From an uncultured Pseudomonadota bacterium (GTDB lineage Bacteria > Desulfobacterota > Binatia > Binatales > Binataceae), in assembly GCA_963837035.1 (NCBI GenBank), contig CAWIMH010000015.1, forward strand, positions 669,863-733,862: 64,000 bases of DNA, read 5' to 3'. Under the pieces are notes generated by a model, which saw only the letters and a list, made by a program, of their open reading frames with translations, ran no database searches and was not told the origin of the DNA. This document shows positions 56,941-64,000 of the stretch, one piece after another; within the stretch, counting starts at the first letter, position 1, and the number at the start of each line of letters is the position of its first letter. Position numbers and translations under genes: made by a program.

Positions 56941-58059
56941 TTATAGTCGGCGGAGCAAATCGAGCAGCCCGGCGCCGTAGCGATCCCAGGTGAATTGCTC
57001 CGCGGTGGTGCGTGCGACTCTGGCGAGGTCGCCGCGCACTTGCAGCACCGCGGCGAGCCGCATCGCGAGTTCGCGGCGATCGGTCGGGTCCGCGACTACG
57101 AAATGGCCGAACTCAGCGGGCAGCGTCTCCATGACGCCGCAGGCCGCACTGCATAGCACTGGCAGTCCCGCAGCCATAGCCTCCATGACCACGTTGCCGA
57201 AGGGCTCGAACAGCGAGGGCAGGACCAGCGCGTCGGCCGCGGCAAAAAGATGCTCGATACGTTCCTGCTGGCCCACGAAGTGCACGCGTCCGGCAACTCC
57301 GAGCCGCGTCGCGAGGCGGCGGAAAGAATTAGTGTGACGATCGGCGCCGGCGACGATTAGGTGCGCGTCGGTGCCCAGCGCCGGCCAGGCCTCGAGGAGA
57401 AACCGCAAGCCTTTGCGGGCGAAGCCGTTACCGACAAAGACCGCCGTCCGCGCGCGCTCGGAAATATCCAGCTCACGCCGTACCTGGGAGCGGATCGCAC
57501 GATCGGGTTCTGGGCGGAACCGCTCGAGATCGACACCGTTGTAGATGGTCACGACCCGGGACGGGTCGAGGGCGAAGGTGCGAATCAGGTCCCGGCGCAC
57601 GAGGGCGGAGACGGCGATGGCGCATTTCAGCCGCGATGACGCGAAGCCGCGCCGTTCAACCGCGATCTGGATGCGGTGATACGGGCTGAGGCGCATCGTG
57701 ACGGCTCCGGCCGAGCCGCGCCAGCGCGCGGCCGACTGCAGGTAGCTCGAATGCGCGGCGCCGCCGGAACGGAGGACATCCGCATCCGCGATGCGCGCGA
57801 AGCTCAGGACGATCTCCGCGCCGAGGTCGCGGGCCATCGATCCGGCGCGGCGAGCGAACGACCACAGGCGCAGCGCGCGGCCGAGCGGGATTGCGTCGAC
57901 CCGTCGGGGGCGCCATTCCCGGGACTCGTTGCGGATGTCGTCGGCATAGATGGCGACCTCGTGACCCGCGCGGCCGAGAATGCGGGCGGTGATGACGAGA
58001 TCGCGTTCGGTGCCGCCGCCGGCCGGATCGAAGCGGCGACCTATCAGTGCTACACGCAT
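56941..58059 (-). CDS. Family 4 (GT-B) glycosyltransferase
   Basis: 372 aa. MRVALIGRRFDPAGGGTERD... and the C-terminal Glycos_transf_1 signature EPFGNVVMEAMAAGLPV. Confidence 0.8.
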   Translation of the reverse strand: MRVALIGRRFDPAGGGTERDLVITARILGRAGHEVAIYADDIRNESREWRPRRVDAIPLGRALRLWSFARRAGSMARDLGAEIVLSFARIADADVLRSGGAAHSSYLQSAARWRGSAGAVTMRLSPYHRIQIAVERRGFASSRLKCAIAVSALVRRDLIRTFALDPSRVVTIYNGVDLERFRPEPDRAIRSQVRRELDISERARTAVFVGNGFARKGLRFLLEAWPALGTDAHLIVAGADRHTNSFRRLATRLGVAGRVHFVGQQERIEHLFAAADALVLPSLFEPFGNVVMEAMAAGLPVLCSAACGVMETLPAEFGHFVVADPTDRRELAMRLAAVLQVRGDLARVARTTAEQFTWDRYGAGLLDLLRRL

Positions 58060-58171
58060 CGGGATGGCGATCAGCGATCGAATGTAGGAATGTTCAACAC
58101 TTTGGGCCGTCTACCGCCTGAACTCGATCGCAGCATATGATACTTTTGTGCCGCGGATGAGAGGAGAGGCG

Positions 58172-59452
58172 ATGATCGAGGTTCAGTGCACCAGTTGCCA
58201 TACCCGCTACCGGATCGATGAGCAGGTTCTGCCGGACGGGACGCCGACATTCAAGTGCTCGCGATGCGGGCACGTTTTCAGTATCGACCCGCGACGCGGC
58301 GAAAAGGCGGCCGCGCCGGTGCGGTCCGCGGGGCAACGACTCATGCGGCCGCGCTCGGAGGCGAAGCTGCGACCCCCAGCGGAAGAAACCCCCGCTCCGA
58401 CCTCGTCCGCGGCGGTTAATGGAATACGCGGTGCATTCTCGCCTGAGGGAACGCCCGGCACACCCGTCGCGGGGGTTTCCGCCGTGCCGGTCGCGCCGGA
58501 GCCGGCGTCGCCCGCCGAGACAATCGTACCTAAAGGACCCACGACCGACGAGTTGATGTCGAAACCGTTCGCGGAGACGCCAACGGAGGTGAAGCCGAGC
58601 GAGCACCCCGCGTTTGAATTCAGGGAAGAGCCCGGGCCGACCGAGACCGCATCGGCGGATCCGGCGGCGGCCGCGGCCAATTGGGAAACGCGGGCGGATG
58701 ATGATTTCAGTCCGCTGGTGAGCGCGGCGGAACCGGCCGCAGCATCCGCAAGCCAGGAGATCCCTTTCGCGCCCGCTGCGGACGGGTTTTCGCCGGCACG
58801 ATCGGCGGCTGACGAGTCCGCGTCGTCGGTGGCGCACGCCGGCGAGTTCATGCGGGCGGAAGCGGCAGCACCGATCTACAACCAGGCGGTGACGCATTCG
58901 GCGCGGCTATTTCTGTTGTTATTTCTAATCGTCGGGCTGGGGTTCGCCACGACGACGATGGCGGTGCATAACGCGCCGGCGCCGACCGCGGAGTTACTCA
59001 GCCAGTTTCCGCTAGTCGGGGAGCGCTTTACACCGGCGACGGTACCGGCGCGGCTGGTGGCACTACGCGACGTCCATGCGGACTACCAGCGCACGCGGAG
59101 CGGACAGACCGCGCTGGTGATCGCGGGAACGGCGGAAAACGTCGGCATGCGGCCGCTGCATCTGGTGCAGATCGCGGTGAACCTGAGGCAACGCGGCGGC
59201 CCGCGGGTCGTCGCCAGCGAGGCCGTCTACTGCGGCAACAGTCTTTCGGCGCGGACGATCGCGCAGATGACGCCGCATGAGATCGAGTTTTTCCAAAGAC
59301 TCTATCCGCAGAAGGGCTTCGTGGTCGCGCCGTCGGGCGCTTGCCCCTTCCTGGTGGTTTTCGTCGGTCCGCCGGCGGGACTGAACGGATTCGACATTTC
59401 GGTGGCGCAGGCGATCGCGGCGTCGGGCGCGGGCGCAGTGCCGGGAGTGTGA
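58172..59452 (+). CDS. MJ0042-type zinc-ribbon protein with a Pro/Ala-rich linker, one TM helix and a DUF3426 C-terminal domain
   Basis: MIEVQCTSCHTRYRIDEQVLPDGTPTFKCSRCGHVF, then a low-complexity linker, TM helix LFLLLFLIVGLGFATT, then a DUF3426-like domain. Confidence 0.65.
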   Translation: MIEVQCTSCHTRYRIDEQVLPDGTPTFKCSRCGHVFSIDPRRGEKAAAPVRSAGQRLMRPRSEAKLRPPAEETPAPTSSAAVNGIRGAFSPEGTPGTPVAGVSAVPVAPEPASPAETIVPKGPTTDELMSKPFAETPTEVKPSEHPAFEFREEPGPTETASADPAAAAANWETRADDDFSPLVSAAEPAAASASQEIPFAPAADGFSPARSAADESASSVAHAGEFMRAEAAAPIYNQAVTHSARLFLLLFLIVGLGFATTTMAVHNAPAPTAELLSQFPLVGERFTPATVPARLVALRDVHADYQRTRSGQTALVIAGTAENVGMRPLHLVQIAVNLRQRGGPRVVASEAVYCGNSLSARTIAQMTPHEIEFFQRLYPQKGFVVAPSGACPFLVVFVGPPAGLNGFDISVAQAIAASGAGAVPGV

Positions 59453-59725
59453 ACGCGCCGACGCGCACCCCAAGGGCCATCGCGATGTATGGATTGTGAT
59501 AGTGACTCTCACTCGGTGAAATCGGCTGCCACATCACCGGAGACTGCTCTTAATTTCACACACGTCAACTAGGGAGGACCTTTCTCCCGTGTTGATGTCG
59601 ACCTATAAAAGCGTGTGTTCTTGGTGGGACCGAACGCCTCGCGCAAGTCGTGACGGACTCTACTTCTAAACTGTTGGGCGCGCGGGAGGCAGGCCACCAT
59701 GCGACTCGCTCGAAAAGGTGCTCAG

Positions 59726-61786
59726 TCACTTGTCCAGGTGGACCTTTTTCAGCAGTGTGATGAAACGGGGCTCGGAGCGCAGCGGATCGTAGATCCGATC
59801 AACTTTGAGAAAAGTCAGCCACTGGGAGCGCACCGCATAGGTCTTCTCCAATCCGTCCAATGCCCGCTGTTTGTCGCCAAGACCGAGGTAGACTATCGCG
59901 GTGCAAAAGGGCGAGACGAATCGGCGCGATGACGTCTGGTCCAGTTCCGCGATCATAGCCTCCGCTTTGTCGCGTTCGCCGGCCGCCGCGTAGGCGTAAC
60001 CGAGCCATCCTGCGATGAAGGGAGGAGAATCCACTACCCGCGACTTCTCTATTTCGGCGATTGCTTCGCTCAAATTACCGGCCTCGATGTCGGCCCACCC
60101 AAGAGCCCAGTGAGCAAGGTAGAAATTCGGATCCAATTCCAGTGCCTTGCGGAATTGCTCCTTGGCTGCTTCGTACCTTGCCTGCAACGTAAGCGGAAAC
60201 GCCACGTCATTCGTGATCCCGGCGGAAAGCGGGTCCAGTTCGCTTGCGCGCTTCATCTCTGCCAGGCTCTCATCGAATCGCCCTCGGAACGCCAACAAAT
60301 AGCCGAACTGATGATGAGCGTCGGCGTAATTGGGGTTCAGGGCGAACGCTCGATGATACTCGCTCTCGCCGCCTACCCAATCGAAATCGTATTGCCACTT
60401 GATGAAGGCTAGCGAGGCGTGAGCTTCCGCCAGGGAATCGTCCAGTTGCAAGGCTTTCTCAACCGCCGCCTTCGCCTTCGGCATCACTTCGTTTGCAGGA
60501 AAGTACCAGTCATCGCCGTAGCTATAGGCGTCGGCCAGACCTGTATAAGGCAGGGGGAAGCTCGGATCTAGTTTGATAGATTGCTCGAACTGCTCTATTG
60601 CTTTAGTGACTCCTTCCCGAGTGAAACTGCTCAGAAAGTAGCGACCTTTCAGATAAGCATCGTGCGCCGCGGGATTTACCGCGGGAGCAGTGGTCAGCCG
60701 AACCTGCTCGCTCGGCGTCAACTGGACATTGACCTCATGTGCGATCGCCGAAGCAATTTCATCCTGCAAGCCCAGCACATCGCGTGAGTTGCGTTCGTAG
60801 CTCTTGGCCCACAGATGTTTGTCCGCCGGCGCATCGATCAATTGCGCCGTGATCCGCACACGGTCGCCCTCCCGAATCACCGAACCTTCTATCACCGCAT
60901 CGACGTTAAGAGCCTTCGCGATTTCGGGGGATGGCGGCCTGTGCGCACCCTTGTACTGCATCACCGAACCGCGCGAGATCACTCGCAGCGCACTGATGTT
61001 GGCCAGGTCGGTGGTGAGTTCGTCAGTCATGCCGTCGGCAAAGTACTCTTGGCCTGGGTCGCCCGAGAAATTGTCGAGCGGCAGCACGGCAATCGATCGG
61101 ATCTGCCTCGGTGCGGCGGGCTGTAGCGTACCAACCGGAGCAAGCAATCTGCTCCGGGTAGTTACATATACAATTGCTGCCAGCGCCAGCACGCCCGCAA
61201 CAATCGCCGAAGCGCGGCCCTTCGCGCTCCTGATCCACGGGATAGATGGCGCGACCCTCGTGCCATTGAGTACCAAAGCGTAAACCCTGATCGGTCGCGA
61301 TACGTTCTTTAGCTTCTGCTCGCCCAGATCATTCGTTGCCATCCCTGGCTTGTTGCGAATCGCGTCGTGGACGTGTTCCGAAATACAAACGCCACCTGGC
61401 GGCGCAAGGGCGTGGATGCGGGATGCGACGTTTACCCCATCGCCGATAACCGTGTTGTTGGTGAATACAACGTCGCCGAGATGGATTCCGATACGCAAGC
61501 GGAGTTCGGGATCGCCGTCCGCAAGTGCCTGCACCTCGCGGGCACAATTTACTGCGTCCATAGCGCTACGAAAGCTGCTCAGCGTACCGTCGCCGATCTC
61601 GCCGACTAAGCGACCGTTGAAGCGTGGGAGAAGAGTGCGAAGCATTTGACGATGCGAATCCAGCGCGCGCATCGCCGCTCCCTCGTCCCGGCCCATGATC
61701 GCGGTGTAGCCGACCACGTCGCTGAACATGATCGCGGCAAGCTCGCGCGTTGGGTTTTCAGTCGATGTCTCGGATCGACTTGGCAT
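59726..61786 (-). CDS. Class III adenylate/guanylate cyclase fused to a TM segment and a C-terminal TPR array
   Basis: Cyclase domain FSDVVGYTAIMGR...GEIGDGTLSSF...GIHLGDVVF...GDGVNVASR, a TM helix, then at least 8 TPR-like repeats. Confidence 0.8.
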   Translation of the reverse strand: MPSRSETSTENPTRELAAIMFSDVVGYTAIMGRDEGAAMRALDSHRQMLRTLLPRFNGRLVGEIGDGTLSSFRSAMDAVNCAREVQALADGDPELRLRIGIHLGDVVFTNNTVIGDGVNVASRIHALAPPGGVCISEHVHDAIRNKPGMATNDLGEQKLKNVSRPIRVYALVLNGTRVAPSIPWIRSAKGRASAIVAGVLALAAIVYVTTRSRLLAPVGTLQPAAPRQIRSIAVLPLDNFSGDPGQEYFADGMTDELTTDLANISALRVISRGSVMQYKGAHRPPSPEIAKALNVDAVIEGSVIREGDRVRITAQLIDAPADKHLWAKSYERNSRDVLGLQDEIASAIAHEVNVQLTPSEQVRLTTAPAVNPAAHDAYLKGRYFLSSFTREGVTKAIEQFEQSIKLDPSFPLPYTGLADAYSYGDDWYFPANEVMPKAKAAVEKALQLDDSLAEAHASLAFIKWQYDFDWVGGESEYHRAFALNPNYADAHHQFGYLLAFRGRFDESLAEMKRASELDPLSAGITNDVAFPLTLQARYEAAKEQFRKALELDPNFYLAHWALGWADIEAGNLSEAIAEIEKSRVVDSPPFIAGWLGYAYAAAGERDKAEAMIAELDQTSSRRFVSPFCTAIVYLGLGDKQRALDGLEKTYAVRSQWLTFLKVDRIYDPLRSEPRFITLLKKVHLDK

Positions 61787-62266
61787 CCAAATCCCCCGGC
61801 TCTATCAAGCCAACGTGCGCTAAGCGCGCATAAAACTCTATTCTAGCTCTATATGGCGCAAAAGCACGGCAGTGGTTCCAAGATCGGAATCGGCTGGTTT
61901 GAGACAACACCCGAGCGCAACTGTTGCCTCTCGCCAAGTATCAGGCCGAGGGCGAGGCATTGATGCTGCCGTGGGCAAGCAGGGCAATGCGGTCTGTTTG
62001 GCGAGTCGATGTGGTTCTTTAAGAATTGCGGCGGTATTCTTTGCGATGCGTTACGGCGCGTCGTTCCGAGAACCTTCTGACTGCGGTCGAGAGTGGATGG
62101 GACTGAGGCTGACGCTCTGGGATGGTGTGTATCCGTCCGCCGGGAATGGGACGGTCCATATCACAAGACGCTCTATGTCTGTCCCCGACAATGGGAACGG
62201 TGCTATGATTCGTGCAGTAGGTGGATTTTCTTCGTAAAGAGTCCTAGACCTGCCACCGCCTAACTA

Positions 62267-62914
62267 ATGAAGTCCAAATCAATTTCGTTATCGTGGATCG
62301 GAGCCGCGTTCGTGGTGTCGTTCGCTCTAGCCGCGGCCGTTATTGTCACCCATGGAACCGACCTGGATAGTCTAAAGTTGGGCCTGCGCGTAACGGCGCG
62401 ATGGTCGTTCCTCTTCTTTTGGATAGCATACACGGGCAAAGCACTGACCACACTATTCGGGCCGGTCCTCGCCCCGCTCGGACGCGGTCGAGATTTTGGT
62501 CTCGCCTACGCCGCTGCGATGTTGAGTCATGTCGTCATTCTTGTCTGGATGTATCTGATTACTTCCCATGCGCCGCTGGCTGGCAACGCGCTGATTTTGT
62601 TTGTTGTCGGGATCATCTTTACCTACCTGTTAGCGGTATTATCTTTTGGACGACTCGCCGAGGCGCTGGGCCCTGTAGGTTGGCGCGCGGTGCGTTTCTT
62701 TGGGTTAAACTACATTCTGTTCGCCTTCTCAGTCGACTTTGTACCCGCCTTGTTCCGCCCCGGAAATAGCCATCCCGGAGTCCTGCGCTTCTTCTCGTAC
62801 GCACCGTTTGCAGCGATGTGTATCGTCGCTCCACTTCTTGTCATCGCAGCCTCAGCACATCGCCGTTGGGAAATTAGATACAGTCGCGCGCGGCTTGGAT
62901 CCGTCGCCGATTGA
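62267..62914 (+). CDS. Hypothetical integral membrane protein (6 predicted TM helices)
   Basis: 215 aa, strongly hydrophobic. No family recognised. Confidence 0.45.
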   Translation: MKSKSISLSWIGAAFVVSFALAAAVIVTHGTDLDSLKLGLRVTARWSFLFFWIAYTGKALTTLFGPVLAPLGRGRDFGLAYAAAMLSHVVILVWMYLITSHAPLAGNALILFVVGIIFTYLLAVLSFGRLAEALGPVGWRAVRFFGLNYILFAFSVDFVPALFRPGNSHPGVLRFFSYAPFAAMCIVAPLLVIAASAHRRWEIRYSRARLGSVAD

Positions 62915-63045
62915 CGGATACTTCATGGGTCGCATCGATCCTCCCAGACCTGGGGTGATCGGTTGAACCCACAATGGCGGTCTTGCGCGTGTACACAAGA
63001 CCGTCGACTCTGCAGGCCCGGCCAACGGATAGTCTGAAATGAAAC

Positions 63046-63080
63046 GGGCGCGGACCAAGCGGTCGCGCCCGCATCTTTTG
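63046..63080 (+). terminator. Rho-independent terminator (possibly bidirectional) between convergent genes
   Basis: GGGCGCG-gaccaagcggt-CGCGCCC followed by GCATCTTTTGAG. Confidence 0.5.
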
Positions 63081-63098
63081 AGATAAACCGAATCGCCG

Positions 63099-63983
63099 TT
63101 AGGAGGTGTGCGCGATTACGAATTTTCCAATCTTGTCGATAGCCTGCTGGCCTTCCGGCAAAATCTTGGCGAACACATGCCAGACATGCATCATCTCGTC
63201 CCACACTTCCAGATCGACCTTAACTCCCGCCGCCTTGGCACGTTCGGAAACGCGCGTAGAATCATCGAGCAGGACCTCCGCGTCACCGACCTGAATCAGT
63301 AGAGGCGGCAGGCCGTGATAGTCGCCGTGGAGCGGCGAAGCGAGCGGATTTTTCGGATCCTGGTTCCCGACATACATCTGCGCCATCGGCAATAGATTGG
63401 CCGATCCGACCATCGGATCTTTATCTGCTCGGGTCTTGACCGACGCACCGGTACCTTCCATGTCGGTCCAGGGCGAGATCGGAGCGGCCGCGGCCGGCAA
63501 CGGAGTGCCGGCATCGCGCAGCGCGAGCAGAGTCGCGAGGGCCAGCCCGCCACCAGCCGAATCGCCGGAAATGACAATCTTATTGGGCTTGTAGCCCTGG
63601 GCGAGCAGCCAGCGATAGGCGGCGGTAGAATCTTCGACCGCAGCGGGGAAGGGAGCCTCAGGAGCCATCCGGTAGTCGAGTGCGAGGGCTCGGGCCTGCG
63701 AGGCGCGGGCGATTCGCGCGATCATTGCACGATGAGTGTTGATTGAGCCCATCACATACCCACCGCCGTGGAGATACAGGACTACCCGGTCGTCGGCGGC
63801 ACCGGGCGGTACGATCCATTCGGCCTTGACGCCGCCAGCATTGACCGGCTCACATTTGACGTCGCTGGCGACCCGTTCGGCGACTTTCTCCATGCCACCG
63901 CGCATCTGGCCTACAGTCGCGGTCGGATTGCGTGGTTGGGACTTGATGATGTCGAGTACTTTGGCGAGTTGAGCGCTGGCCAT
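63099..63983 (-). CDS. Alpha/beta-hydrolase fold esterase/lipase (HSL family)
   Basis: Motifs HGGGYVMGS (oxyanion HGGG), nucleophile GDSAGG, and the catalytic His region. Confidence 0.8.
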   Translation of the reverse strand: MASAQLAKVLDIIKSQPRNPTATVGQMRGGMEKVAERVASDVKCEPVNAGGVKAEWIVPPGAADDRVVLYLHGGGYVMGSINTHRAMIARIARASQARALALDYRMAPEAPFPAAVEDSTAAYRWLLAQGYKPNKIVISGDSAGGGLALATLLALRDAGTPLPAAAAPISPWTDMEGTGASVKTRADKDPMVGSANLLPMAQMYVGNQDPKNPLASPLHGDYHGLPPLLIQVGDAEVLLDDSTRVSERAKAAGVKVDLEVWDEMMHVWHVFAKILPEGQQAIDKIGKFVIAHTS

Positions 63984-64000
63984 GCTTTAGTTCCCTCCCG

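Noticed and set aside
58094-58897. 267-aa R-rich minus-strand ORF
   Set aside because: Antisense to the zinc-ribbon/DUF3426 gene. Low-complexity translation.
61872-62237. 121-aa plus-strand ORF in the long spacer
   Set aside because: No RBS, no homology, and atypical composition. The region is treated as non-coding.

Overview
This is a 64 kb, GC-rich (about 63-65% by eye) chromosomal segment from a diderm bacterium (lpxC, RND efflux pump, Flp pilins). I cannot place the lineage from sequence alone. I support about 55 protein-coding genes, one tRNA-Leu(CAG), no CRISPR array and no transposase or integrase.

Main content, in order:
- An RND efflux pair (membrane fusion protein plus an AcrB-like permease cut by the window start).
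- An F420/LLM oxidoreductase - methyltransferase - Zn-ADH - quinone reductase cluster.
- A patatin-like membrane protein.
- The conserved queA-tgt-yajC-secD cluster (secF absent), followed by a small excisionase-family HTH gene.
- plsC, an FTR1 iron permease with a Fur-box-like site, hbd, greA, and a DksA-like regulator.
- A truncated PolX next to about 690 bp of non-coding DNA carrying a 17-bp x3 tandem repeat.
- An AT-rich islet with two tandem Flp-type pilin genes.
- A catabolic cluster: 2x family III CoA-transferase, acyl-CoA synthetase, GATase1, cytochrome P450 and its ferredoxin.
- ogt, a dGTPase, a DsbA-like gene, and a BFN-nuclease - vWA - MoxR - TPR (Bat-like) cluster.
- queC.
- A two-component pair whose response regulator is a receiver domain fused in frame to a complete LpxC. 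I consider this the most interesting object.
- An EF-G family GTPase, birA, a PqqC/TenA-like gene, nadC, valS preceded by tRNA-Leu, two glycosyltransferases, a zinc-ribbon/DUF3426 protein, a class III nucleotidyl cyclase with TPR repeats, and an esterase.

Many genes between about 37.2 and 56.9 kb carry apparent frameshifts, including the essential valS, birA and nadC. I read this as more consistent with indel errors in the sequence than with biology, but a polymorphic or decaying region cannot be excluded.
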